A DNA stretch of 64,000 nt from Patescibacteria group bacterium (GCA_026397045.1 JAPLVO010000006.1:1706-65705); one strand, 5' to 3'; positions 49,492 through 59,521 are shown, counted from the stretch's first letter. Notes: a model not told the origin generated them from the sequence alone. Made by a program: numbers and translations.

Positions 49492-50283
49492 ATGATTTAT
49501 TACAAAGAAAATAAAATCAAAAACCAACGAAAGCTGCCGATATTATTCATACACGGCCTAAAGGGAACCCATAGAGGGATGATAGATATCGCTCGTAGTA
49601 TGAGTGACTATCACTGGTTTCTGCCAGACATGCCTGGTCATGGACAAAGTGATTTAATGAATCTTCATGGGATCGAAACATATGCCAAGGCTCTTTTAGA
49701 TTTTATGCACAAGCGAGATATCAATAAGTTCTTGGTGGTAGGCCATTCTTACGGCGGCAATGTAGCCGTCGAGCTAGCTAGGCTGGCGGGCCCTAAGGTT
49801 GTCCCCAAGATGGTCACTATAGCCCCATACCCCGGCTACAAAAACACCCCGACAAACCTAGCTTTTGGATCGATGTACGCTTTTATTAAATACTTCCCGA
49901 GGCCAATCGTAAATTTCTTTCTGCTTGGAAAGATTGCAGTATTTGTTACGGGCTTAGTGCTTTATAAGACCTCAGATCGTGAGCGCGTAAAGGCATTGCA
50001 GAAGCAAGGCTACCATGAAGAGACCAGTTTTGAGAAGCGAGTGATGGTAGAAGCCGTGGAGAGTTTGCGAGAATTCGATCTGCGCAGCCGCCTTAATGAG
50101 CTCAAGCAGCCAACCCTTTTAGTTTATGGGGATATCGACTCCTTTGCCAAGCTCAATGGTATTGAATCGGAGATTAAAAATAGCAAAATATCCGTGGTGC
50201 CCTATAAAGGAGGAGGGCACTTGATCCCCCTCGAGTATCCAGAAAGAGTTAGCGCATTGGTAAGGGGGTGGATAGAGCCTTAA
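49492..50283 (+). CDS. Alpha/beta hydrolase
   Basis: FIHG, DMPGHG, GHSYGG nucleophile, GDID, GGGH. Confidence 0.92.
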   Translation: MIYYKENKIKNQRKLPILFIHGLKGTHRGMIDIARSMSDYHWFLPDMPGHGQSDLMNLHGIETYAKALLDFMHKRDINKFLVVGHSYGGNVAVELARLAGPKVVPKMVTIAPYPGYKNTPTNLAFGSMYAFIKYFPRPIVNFFLLGKIAVFVTGLVLYKTSDRERVKALQKQGYHEETSFEKRVMVEAVESLREFDLRSRLNELKQPTLLVYGDIDSFAKLNGIESEIKNSKISVVPYKGGGHLIPLEYPERVSALVRGWIEP

Positions 50284-50336
50284 GCTTTATGCCAATTCAC
50301 TAAGATAGTGATAAGATTGTAGTCAACCATACCATT

Positions 50337-51581
50337 ATGTATTCATCATTATTTAAAAACATTAACTTTGTTAAAATCTGGCTGGCTCAGCTGACATCTC
50401 AGCTAGCTGCCAATTTGCTTAACTTTGCACTGATTATTAGGGTTTACGAGCTGTCGGCTAATACTAATTTTGCAAATATTTCAGTTAGCCTGCTGATTTT
50501 GGCTTTTGGGGTGCCATCTATAATTTTTGCTGTTTTGGCTGGGGCCTATGTAGATCACCTAGACCGAAAGAAAGTAATGGTGGTTACCAACATAGCTAGG
50601 GCTATCTTGGTTCTATTCTTCCTGATGTTTGAGTCAAATTTGATATTCGTATATCTAACGGTCTTTGCCATTTCTACCTTCTCACAGTTCTTCACCCCTG
50701 CTGAAGCAGCCGCACTACCCAGGCTAGTAAAGAAGTCGGATTTGGTATCCGCAAATTCTCTATTTTTGTTTACGCTTTATAGTTCTTTTATACTCGGCTA
50801 TAGCTTAGCAGGCCCAATTATTTCAGCCTGGGGAGCAAACTCGGTGTATTGGGTCACATCAATAGCCTTTGTGTTTTCGGGTCTTCTAAGTCTAGGCCTT
50901 CCGAAGCTAAAAGCTAAGCAAAAAGGCCTCAACTTTAGCTCAATAAACCACGAGGTCTTTATTACCATCAGGCAGACAGCTGACAAGATTTTGCGAACAC
51001 CTGGTTTGTTGTTCCCAATTGGCAACCTTACGATAGGCCAAATGATGATTGGGATTATAGCTGTGGTTGCCCCCGGCTTGGCCATAATACTTTTCGATCA
51101 AAGCCTAGCCAGTGTTAGCTATAAATTAATTGTCCCAGCGGCCGTTGGTATGGTGGTAGGGGCAGTATTGGTGGGGCAGGTGCTGGGTAAGGTCCATAAA
51201 GCCAAGCTAATAAATTTTGGTATAGTTCTGGCAGTCATATCACTTGCTGGGATAGGTTTGATCGGTCGATTCAAGGGGATACCTTTTTATACTGGGATTG
51301 TGGTGACTCTATCACTCGGCTTGGGGTTTGCGAATGCCCTGGTAGGAGTTTCGGCTCAGACTCTATTGCAAGTCCATTCTACAGATGAGGAGCGAGGTAA
51401 GATATTTGGCACACTCAATATGATGATGAATCTGGCGGCCTCATTACCAGTGCTGTTAGCAGGGATCACCGCAGATCTAGTTAGCCCTGCTTCAGTTATG
51501 ATATTCGCAGCAGGGTTTATAGCTTTATTTGGAGTATATCAGTTCTCAGCCCTTAAGAAGCACGAGCTGGTAGACAGGTAG
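50337..51581 (+). CDS. MFS transporter (DHA3-like)
   Basis: AGAYVDHLDRKKVMV, FTPAEAA.LP.LV, RGKIFG; ~12 TMs. Confidence 0.92.
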   Translation: MYSSLFKNINFVKIWLAQLTSQLAANLLNFALIIRVYELSANTNFANISVSLLILAFGVPSIIFAVLAGAYVDHLDRKKVMVVTNIARAILVLFFLMFESNLIFVYLTVFAISTFSQFFTPAEAAALPRLVKKSDLVSANSLFLFTLYSSFILGYSLAGPIISAWGANSVYWVTSIAFVFSGLLSLGLPKLKAKQKGLNFSSINHEVFITIRQTADKILRTPGLLFPIGNLTIGQMMIGIIAVVAPGLAIILFDQSLASVSYKLIVPAAVGMVVGAVLVGQVLGKVHKAKLINFGIVLAVISLAGIGLIGRFKGIPFYTGIVVTLSLGLGFANALVGVSAQTLLQVHSTDEERGKIFGTLNMMMNLAASLPVLLAGITADLVSPASVMIFAAGFIALFGVYQFSALKKHELVDR

Positions 51582-51626
51582 TAGCACTAGTACTTTACTA
51601 GTAAATATGTTATAATTATTTTACTT

Positions 51627-52020
51627 GGGGCTGACAAGCTTCGACGTTGAATCTTGAAATATGATTGCGAGTCGGGTTGAGAATACACGTTAGCTGTTCT
51701 CGAAACTACAAATGCAAAATCGTTTGTATCGCGTTTGGTGAATGCAGTTTCTGCACCATCTCTCGCTCCAGCTTATGCTTAATTGTCATTAGCCATCGAA
51801 CCCTCAATGCCTGGTAGGGGGATTTCGATGCCATTTACCGGGCTGCAGTAGTATTCCTTACTGGTACTACCTAAGACTAAACAGTAGGATAAGCGCCAGG
51901 TTTATTGTGCTAATCTTGATGCCCTGGAACTTTAAAAACAATATTCAGATTAGCTACACTCGTAGATATCATATTATAAAAGTTTGGCGGACGAGGGTGC
52001 GATTCCCTCCAGCTCCACCA
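51627..52020 (+). ncRNA. ssrA: tmRNA
   Basis: GGGGCTGA..TTCGAC 5' end; GGACGAGGGTGCGATTCCCTCCAGCTCCACCA 3' end. Tag ORF 51714-51782 reads AKSFVSRLVNAVSAPSLAPAYA*. Confidence 0.95.
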
Positions 52021-52054
52021 AAAGGGACTTTCGAATAATTCGGAGGTCTTTTTT
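52021..52054 (+). terminator. tmRNA terminator
   Basis: AAAGGGACTTTCGAAT-A-ATTCGGAGGTCTTTT hairpin with T-run. Confidence 0.75.
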
Positions 52055-52256
52055 GATATGCATTAATCAACAAGGATTATGATGTATCAACAGCCTTATT
52101 GGCACATCTTCGGTGCTAGGGGCTTTATAGTTACCTTTTGTAATTAAAAACACTTTAGGGGGCCAACACACTACTCTGAGTAAAGATTGCTTCTTAGGTT
52201 AAGGTGGACTTTCTTCATGCAAGCCAATTGGAGTCTATTTGGCTACAGGGTTAGCA

Positions 52257-55200
52257 CTATTGGGGCTGCTTATTGGCTAAAGTGCTGACTGGGTAATTTG
52301 CATCATCTTTCAGATCTCCGCGGGGGATATACATTACAACCTTAGTCCCTTTGTTCAAGTTTGACGAAATATTAATAGAACCATTTATCTGATCAAGAAT
52401 TATTCTGTCTAAATATAGCCCTAGCCCCAAACCTTCATAGTCGTAATGAAGAGCATCTGTTGCGCGTGCAAAAGGCATCATTAGCTGATCTATTTTGTCC
52501 TTGGCAATTCCAGCACCATTATCCGATACCGTAATCTTGATACCACCAGCTTTAGCTGTTGCTTGGATGGATACCTTACCATCAGTCTTGCTAAATTTAA
52601 TCGCATTATTTAAGGCCGATCCGATAAGCAGGATTAGCGCCGATTTATCTATATTTGCCATTAATCCATCAGAGACCTGCTTGCTAATTGTGATGTTGCT
52701 AGATCTAATTGCATCGGCTTGCCTTGATAGGACATTAGCAATGATCTCCTCAACACCAGCGCTTTTTATGACATCATTGCTTTTAACATTAGTATATTGA
52801 CTAAGAAGTATAAGCGACTTTTCGACATCTGATAGCATCACTAAGCCTCTTAAGAAAGGCTCGGCTTGCTTAGAATGGGTAAAATCGGAAGAAAGTGATT
52901 TCAGCTGCGCTATCTCTCCATCAAGAATATCTATCGTTTTGGTGATAAAATCAGACTTTATTTTCGCTAAATGCTGCTCGGCTTCTAACAGTTTAGCTCG
53001 ATTAATGCGTGCGTATTTGTTGCGTACGAGGCTGCGCCAGGCCAGCAATATCAGTAGTATGCAAATGGCAAAAAGACCAATTTGTACCGCTAAACTACCT
53101 ATCTCTACTTGGTAGATATTGGCCCTGCTAAATAGCAGGTACTGAGCAACAATAAGCAGCCCGGAAATTATTATCGGAACCCAAACAAGTGGGTTAAAGC
53201 TAGCAGACCTAACCTCGGCGCCGAGCCGAGCCGAGCTAATAGTGCTCATTAGCCTCTCATTTTCTTGGTTATTACTGGAGAGGAGCTGGTGTATGCTCCC
53301 AGAGACTTTATTAAGTAGGCTATCTATTGCCTCAGACTTAGCTAAACTTATAGCCTTTACCGATACGAGTAGTTCGGCACTAAGCTGCATTATTCCGAGT
53401 GGGGTATTTAGGTAGTGGCTTGTTAGGGCTACAAAGTTCTTGCTAGCAAATTGGATATTTTGAATCTTAAGTATTAGTTTATTATAGCGCTCTGTTGATC
53501 TATATTCTCTGTAGGCCTGGATGGCGTAAAGTATTGCTAAAAGAAGTAGTAGTAATATCAGCAAATAGGGGATAGCAATAACTAGGCCGCGGGGCACACC
53601 GCGCAATATCTTGAGAAGTCTATCTGTAGATTCTGGCTCTACCGGCAGAGCCGCGTCTGTCTCTGTCGTGATACCTGGTATTATCGCCAAGCCCCCGGTA
53701 GTGGTGGCTGGCCCCGGCCCTGGCCCTGGCCCCGGCCCTGGCCCTGGTCCTGGTCCCGGTCCTGGTCCTGGTCCCGGCCCTGGCCCCGGATCAGGCGGAC
53801 AGTTACCTGTGGTAAGGGCCTGATCAGAGCCGAAGAAGGTACCGGTGGGGTTAATGCCATAGGCGCGGTAGTGGTAGATAGTGCATCCCGATAACCCAGA
53901 AATAGGCAGGGAATATGGGGAGGTCTGGAATGAGCTTAGTAGATTTAATTTTTGTACCCTGTTTATAAATGACTGAGACAGGTAAAGATCATTATTATCT
54001 GATATATGTAGAGTAATTGGCGATAATATTAGCTGCTCACTAAATATGAGTGGGTTATTACTTGTAGTGAATTTACTAATATAGTTACCACTACCATCAA
54101 ATACTTGGATATCGTTGCGAAGCAAATCTAATACATACAGCCGCCCAGTATTATCAACGCTAATGCCTAATGGGACTATAAATTGCCCATTAGCAGTTCC
54201 AAAGCTGCCAAATTGGCTCAAAAGTACGCCGCTACTACTATATTTGTAAATGGCGGAGTCCACTATGGAAGAGGTATAGATGTTATTTGATGAATCAGAA
54301 GTGATACCGATGCCGAACTGGGCAGACCACTCGGTGATATAAACTCCCGTATTACTAAATTTTTGTATCCTTGGGGTGGCTGATCCGAGATCTAAGATAT
54401 ATATGTTGTCGAGGCTATCTATGGTGATATTTATTGGTTCCTCGAACTCACTAGGGTTGACCCCTTGTATGCCCCAGGTGGATATGAATACTCCGCTACT
54501 ATTGAATTTTTGTATTCTGTAATTTCCGCTATCGACTACATAGACATTATCACTGGAATCAACCGCCACCCCAATTGGTATATCGAATTCTCCTGGCAAG
54601 GATCCATTTACACCCCATTGTGTCAGGTAGCCTCCGTTACTATTGAATTTTTGTATTCTATTATTACCGGCATCAGCCACATAGGTGTTACCTATAGAAT
54701 CGGTGCCAATCTTGACGGGCCCATTGAACTGGCCGTCATTAGTACCTTGTTCGCCCCACTGGGTTAAGTTGCTAGGAGTAATATTTGAAGGCGCCGGGCT
54801 GGATAACACATTGCCATAGCTCGAGCTAGTGCCCCACTGGAAGCCTCTGGCCGTGATAGCATCCCCCGAATAGGATATAGTCCCATTTAAATCCGAGGAG
54901 CTGACTGTGGTGTTGCTGGCTGGGTCTGTCATTATGTTCATGTCACAACTACTTGTGGTGAAGGTTCTGTCTTGGCCGAAGCTGGTACCTGTGCCGGTAG
55001 AGGCTGAAGCGGCATAATGGTAAGTGGTGTTGCAGGGGAGATTCACAAGCTGCTGAGAATAAGGGCCCGCTGGGTAGTCCCCAAATGAGCTAAAGCTTTC
55101 TACACGGTCGTTGTTTCTATCAATTACAAAAATATCACCACCATTGGTGTTCTCGTCGTATCCTAATATTCCAGAAGGTGCATCTAGTTGCCCCAATCCA

Positions 55201-58200
55201 GACCCTATTGATCCGAACTGGCTGGTGTATCTGCCAAAATAATCGAATCTCTGGACCCGATTATTGCCCGTGTCTGCCACTGCTATACCGCCAGCGAATA
55301 GATTAAATGACGCCCCCGAAACAAATGCCAGCGAGCTAGGGGAGTTAAGTTGGCCGTCTCCAGAGCCTGGCGAGCCAAAATCAGACACATAAATTAGGCC
55401 TGATGAATTAAAGCCAATAATCTGGACTCGACTGTTGCCGCTATCCAAAACATAAATAAATGGCAGACCTAAATCTCCTTCCGAGATTAATACATCTCTG
55501 GGGGAATTAAATTGTCCATCACCAGAACCAAATACCCCATAACTTACAAGGTGTACGAAGGTGGAGCCATCAAAAAACTGTAAACGATTATTATTGGTAT
55601 CAGCGACTATAATTTGAGTATCCAGGGCCTGTAGTCCGGATGGTGCATTGAACTGCCCATCGGCACTACCAAGGCTTCCAAATTGCGAAAGGTAGGTACC
55701 CGAAGAATTAAATATTTGGATCCTATTATTGCCAGTATCCGATACCATAATATTCCCACTTGTGGGCTGCACCGAGACATCTAACGGCGCATTGAACTGG
55801 CCATTGGCACTACCTAGGCTCCCAAATTGCGAAAGATAGTTACCGGAAGAATTAAATATTTGAATCCTATTGTTGGCTGTATCAGCTATATAGATATTCC
55901 CATTGGAATCTATGTTGGCACCTCCTGGGGAGGATAGCTGCCCGTCGCCGCTTCCAGATGAGCCGAACTGTGACTGGTAATTGCCAGTTTCAAAAGAATC
56001 TATAGCATAGTCACCATAGCTGGTCGTGAGGCCATATACAAAACCTCTAAACTTGGCTGGACTGGCCGAGGGGCTGATGGTGCCATTAAGTTGGGCCGAA
56101 TTACCTCCTATGCTACTCGCTGGGTCAGTGCTAATAATTAAGCACTCATCAGTCGTAAAGCTTTGATCCCCACCGTAAAATGTCCCATCAAAATTGGTAC
56201 CATAAACTCTAAAATGGTACTCCGTAGAACAGTTCAGTGGCCCAGGCAGGCTAAAGCTACTAGCCGTGATGGCGGATGATGTACTAAAAATTTGAACCCT
56301 GTCATTGCCCGAGTCTGCAATATATAGCATTCCGCTGTTGCCAACTACAATGCCGCCAGGGTCATTAAATTCACCATCGTTAGTCCCATTCGCGCCAAAG
56401 GTAGTATTGTAAATGCCATCGATTGAGAACTTTTGGACTCGATCGTTAGAGTCTGAGACATAAACAGAGTTTGGGAGTTCGAAGGCTATTTCTTTGGGAG
56501 AGTTAAGCTGGCTAGGGTTGTTGCCAAATACCCCCCATGTAGATACAAATAGCAGGGTTACGGGATCAAATACCTGAACTCTATTGTTGCCACTGTCAGC
56601 TATAAATAGGCTGCTCCCGCTCGAAGTAATGCCAAGGGGAGTATTGAATTGACCATTATTAAAACCGAGTGAGCCAAATTTACCCTGGAACGCCAGACTG
56701 CCAGAAGTATCAAAGGCCTGAACTCGATTATTGCCAGTGTCGGTTACAAAGACATTGCCAGATGAATTGTCATAGGCTATTGATCTTGGGCTGTCGAACT
56801 GGCCATCTGCTGATCCAAATATACCAACCTTTGCTACATAAGACCCTAAGGAATCGAACTCTTGGATTCGGTTATTACCACTATCTACCACATAGATATT
56901 TCCTGCAGAATCCAGGGCAACCCCAGTAGGTGAGTTAAGTAGTCCGTCGGCTGAGCCGAAGCTTCCGAAGCTGCTGAGATAGGCCCCAGCACTATTAAAT
57001 ACCTGGATCCTATTATTCCCGTTATCTGCCACATAGATGTTTCCAGCAGCATCTGTCGCCGAACCAGAAGGGTTGTCAAATTGTCCGGGGGCTGAGCCAT
57101 TTATGCCAAACTTTGCTGAGAATATAATATCTGCAACTACATTAATAGTGGTGCCATAGCTGGTATCTGTACCAATCTCAAATCCTCGGTTGGTGATTGG
57201 GTTGGAGCTGGAGTTTATGGCACCGTTTAGTACGCCATAGCTGCTAGTTACGCCAGTCGGGGGCGTCGTTGTAAGCGACATACTCGGGCAGCTGCTGTCT
57301 AGCCCGCTATCTGCAATAGACCAGCTGTAGCTAGATACGATGCTGGCTCTAGCGGTAGCTGCGCAGTATTTGCTAAAGCCAGCATCTAGCGGTACGCTGA
57401 GCTGCAAGATTTGGGCACTCCAGGATGTAAGAATCGAGTCGTAATTAACGACACTTAGTAGATCACCCCCAAACATTCCACTCATATCTGTAACATTGGC
57501 CACATTCCAGCCGCCTAGAGGCTGATTAAAATTAACGGCTCCATTAAACATTCCATTCATATTTGTAACATTGGCTACATTCCAGCTGCCTAGGGGCTGA
57601 TTAAAAATACTGGCATTAGTAAACATATCGCTCATATCCGTAATATTTGCCACATTCCAGCTTGCAAGTGGTTGGTTTAAGCTAGTAGCATCTCGGAACA
57701 TGTTTGAGGTGGAGCTGACTGCAGATAGGTCGGGGGAGTCTGCAGCATTGATCTGGAGGTTACTGGCACCCTGAAACGCATTTGACATAGAGCCCCAAGC
57801 TATTGTTCCCCATTGGTCGACGGATAGTAGTTTTTGCGCATCGCCACCACCATTAAAAAATATTGCTGGGAAATTGCCTTTTATGCGAATAGTGTAGCTG
57901 CCCGGGGCCCCAAAAGTGTGAGATACATTGCCCACCTGGCCAAACTGGTCAAAAACCCCATCATTATCCCAATCAATATCATAGTTGTAGCCACCACCAA
58001 CAGTCGGTATCTCAATTGTGTCTGGCCCTGAAGTTCCAGGGTTATCTGTTTTCCAGGATATGACAAAATGATCGCTAGGTGCAGCTTGAGCCAGCTTAGT
58101 ATAAAACAAGCCATCTGCCAAAAGGGCTATAAAGACTAAAAACAGAGCAATTATTGCTAATGGTCTGGTGAGGCTATCTGAATGTTTTTTGATTTTGGTG

Positions 58201-58205
58201 AGCAT
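52257..58205 (-). CDS. Giant surface protein (BspA/DUF285-like + NHL repeats) fused to a histidine-kinase-like module
   Basis: N-terminal TM; FNQPLxxWNVANVTxM repeats; three NHL clusters (GQFxxP..IYVADxxNNRIQ); (PG)n linker; TM; H-box SHYLNTPL; N/G1/F/G2 boxes NAIKFS, DNGAGI, PF, GLGLGL. Confidence 0.88.
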   Translation of the reverse strand: MLTKIKKHSDSLTRPLAIIALFLVFIALLADGLFYTKLAQAAPSDHFVISWKTDNPGTSGPDTIEIPTVGGGYNYDIDWDNDGVFDQFGQVGNVSHTFGAPGSYTIRIKGNFPAIFFNGGGDAQKLLSVDQWGTIAWGSMSNAFQGASNLQINAADSPDLSAVSSTSNMFRDATSLNQPLASWNVANITDMSDMFTNASIFNQPLGSWNVANVTNMNGMFNGAVNFNQPLGGWNVANVTDMSGMFGGDLLSVVNYDSILTSWSAQILQLSVPLDAGFSKYCAATARASIVSSYSWSIADSGLDSSCPSMSLTTTPPTGVTSSYGVLNGAINSSSNPITNRGFEIGTDTSYGTTINVVADIIFSAKFGINGSAPGQFDNPSGSATDAAGNIYVADNGNNRIQVFNSAGAYLSSFGSFGSADGLLNSPTGVALDSAGNIYVVDSGNNRIQEFDSLGSYVAKVGIFGSADGQFDSPRSIAYDNSSGNVFVTDTGNNRVQAFDTSGSLAFQGKFGSLGFNNGQFNTPLGITSSGSSLFIADSGNNRVQVFDPVTLLFVSTWGVFGNNPSQLNSPKEIAFELPNSVYVSDSNDRVQKFSIDGIYNTTFGANGTNDGEFNDPGGIVVGNSGMLYIADSGNDRVQIFSTSSAITASSFSLPGPLNCSTEYHFRVYGTNFDGTFYGGDQSFTTDECLIISTDPASSIGGNSAQLNGTISPSASPAKFRGFVYGLTTSYGDYAIDSFETGNYQSQFGSSGSGDGQLSSPGGANIDSNGNIYIADTANNRIQIFNSSGNYLSQFGSLGSANGQFNAPLDVSVQPTSGNIMVSDTGNNRIQIFNSSGTYLSQFGSLGSADGQFNAPSGLQALDTQIIVADTNNNRLQFFDGSTFVHLVSYGVFGSGDGQFNSPRDVLISEGDLGLPFIYVLDSGNSRVQIIGFNSSGLIYVSDFGSPGSGDGQLNSPSSLAFVSGASFNLFAGGIAVADTGNNRVQRFDYFGRYTSQFGSIGSGLGQLDAPSGILGYDENTNGGDIFVIDRNNDRVESFSSFGDYPAGPYSQQLVNLPCNTTYHYAASASTGTGTSFGQDRTFTTSSCDMNIMTDPASNTTVSSSDLNGTISYSGDAITARGFQWGTSSSYGNVLSSPAPSNITPSNLTQWGEQGTNDGQFNGPVKIGTDSIGNTYVADAGNNRIQKFNSNGGYLTQWGVNGSLPGEFDIPIGVAVDSSDNVYVVDSGNYRIQKFNSSGVFISTWGIQGVNPSEFEEPINITIDSLDNIYILDLGSATPRIQKFSNTGVYITEWSAQFGIGITSDSSNNIYTSSIVDSAIYKYSSSGVLLSQFGSFGTANGQFIVPLGISVDNTGRLYVLDLLRNDIQVFDGSGNYISKFTTSNNPLIFSEQLILSPITLHISDNNDLYLSQSFINRVQKLNLLSSFQTSPYSLPISGLSGCTIYHYRAYGINPTGTFFGSDQALTTGNCPPDPGPGPGPGPGPGPGPGPGPGPGPGPGPATTTGGLAIIPGITTETDAALPVEPESTDRLLKILRGVPRGLVIAIPYLLILLLLLLAILYAIQAYREYRSTERYNKLILKIQNIQFASKNFVALTSHYLNTPLGIMQLSAELLVSVKAISLAKSEAIDSLLNKVSGSIHQLLSSNNQENERLMSTISSARLGAEVRSASFNPLVWVPIIISGLLIVAQYLLFSRANIYQVEIGSLAVQIGLFAICILLILLAWRSLVRNKYARINRAKLLEAEQHLAKIKSDFITKTIDILDGEIAQLKSLSSDFTHSKQAEPFLRGLVMLSDVEKSLILLSQYTNVKSNDVIKSAGVEEIIANVLSRQADAIRSSNITISKQVSDGLMANIDKSALILLIGSALNNAIKFSKTDGKVSIQATAKAGGIKITVSDNGAGIAKDKIDQLMMPFARATDALHYDYEGLGLGLYLDRIILDQINGSINISSNLNKGTKVVMYIPRGDLKDDANYPVSTLANKQPQ
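53709..53789 (-). repeat. Pro-Gly hexanucleotide tandem repeat (~13 units)
   Basis: Repeated CCTGGC/CCCGGC/CCTGGT units encoding (PG)n. Confidence 0.9.
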
Positions 58206-58357
58206 TTTTATTTTTTACTAATTAGTTAATATATTATCATCAAGAGGCTATCAAGCACAAGTGTTTATAGGGGATATTAATAAAGAGTAGGTAAGTGGAT
58301 ACAAATAATATTAATCATTATTAAACTCAGACCAATATTAACGAAATATTTTTACAT

Positions 58358-58447
58358 AAAAAAACAGGCTAGCATGGGCCCTGGGCGCTTGCTAACCTGT
58401 TCGGAAGTCTTTGTTTTTGTTTTTGAGTAATTTATGTGTGCAGCACT
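58358..58447 (-). ncRNA. Candidate small RNA (~90 nt)
   Basis: TTGACA (58483-78)-18-TATTAT promoter, no ORF, terminator AACAGGTTAGCA...TGCTAGCCTGTT plus U7. Contains 16 nt complementary to the PaaX-like 5'UTR. Confidence 0.55.
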
Positions 58448-58525
58448 GATACTATAATAACGCTTGCGCTTGGGTGCTGTCAACAGCTTTTTTAGACTTT
58501 TTTTATTTTTATTGTAGAAAAAGTA

Positions 58526-59521
58526 CTACTGCGCGTATTCGCCATTACGAGCTGCACTATTTTGCGCTAGCAATTGAGAGAATTTAGCCTGAGCCTTTTT
58601 AGTATTTTCAGACTTGCCTCTCCAGATCCTGATGACTGGGTCTTGGACCGCCCTAGAGTAGCTATAGGAGATAGGCCAAGGTTGCTCGCCAGAAAGTCCA
58701 ATAGCGTTAAGGTTCTTGGTGGCTTGCTCGGGTTCTTGGCCTCCAGATAAGAATACTATCCCAGCAACGGCTTGCGGGACCACCGTGTTGAGAACTTTTA
58801 AGGTATAGGCAGCAACTTCTTCTGGACGGCTGACTTTACTTTCACTACCAGCCAGCACCATGCTAGTTTTGAGTATCAAACCAGATAGATCCACCCTAAA
58901 AGACTCTAGTTGCTCAAACAGTATCCTAAGGACTGTCTCGAGAGTTTTGGCAGAATCTGCTATGGAATGCTTACCTGCATACATCACTTCAGGCTCCACG
59001 ATAGGCACCATCCCGGCCGCCTGAACAATTGATGCATATCTAGCCATTATCGTCATATTGGCCCTAATCGCGGGCAGGGTAGGGAGTTTGCTATCAATCG
59101 TAAACGCGCTACGCCACTTAGTGAATCTGGCACCCATGGCGTAATATTCTGCAAGCCGAGCAGCTAACCCATCTAGACCCTCGGTGATAGTTTCGGGTTC
59201 AAAATTATTCATCAAAACGAGTCCCGTGTCCACCTTTATACCTGGAATAACGCCGTTATCAGCAAGTAGCTGGGTTATCTTGACCCCATTATCCGTAGAC
59301 TGCCTTATGGTCTCGTCGTAGAGTATTACACCAGAAATGTAGTGCCCAACATTGGGCGACATGCACAATAATTCGCGCCACTGGCGCCTAGACTCATCTG
59401 TGCAGTCAATCTTAACGCTATCGAAACGCTTACAGCAAGAACTAGTGCTTTCATCGGCTGCCAGAAGGCCCTTAGGGCTGGCCATTAGCTGTGAGGTTAT
59501 AAGTTGTAACGATTGCTTCAT
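58526..59521 (-). CDS. Class I fructose-bisphosphate aldolase
   Basis: KGLLAADES, GIKVD.G, ARFTKWR, VPIVEPEV, LKTSMV, FLSGGQ, YSYSRA.Q. Confidence 0.94.
   Translation of the reverse strand: MKQSLQLITSQLMASPKGLLAADESTSSCCKRFDSVKIDCTDESRRQWRELLCMSPNVGHYISGVILYDETIRQSTDNGVKITQLLADNGVIPGIKVDTGLVLMNNFEPETITEGLDGLAARLAEYYAMGARFTKWRSAFTIDSKLPTLPAIRANMTIMARYASIVQAAGMVPIVEPEVMYAGKHSIADSAKTLETVLRILFEQLESFRVDLSGLILKTSMVLAGSESKVSRPEEVAAYTLKVLNTVVPQAVAGIVFLSGGQEPEQATKNLNAIGLSGEQPWPISYSYSRAVQDPVIRIWRGKSENTKKAQAKFSQLLAQNSAARNGEYAQ

Noticed and set aside
52021-58525. Genomic island integrated at tmRNA
   Set aside because: No duplicated tmRNA 3' end or integrase found around the giant gene.
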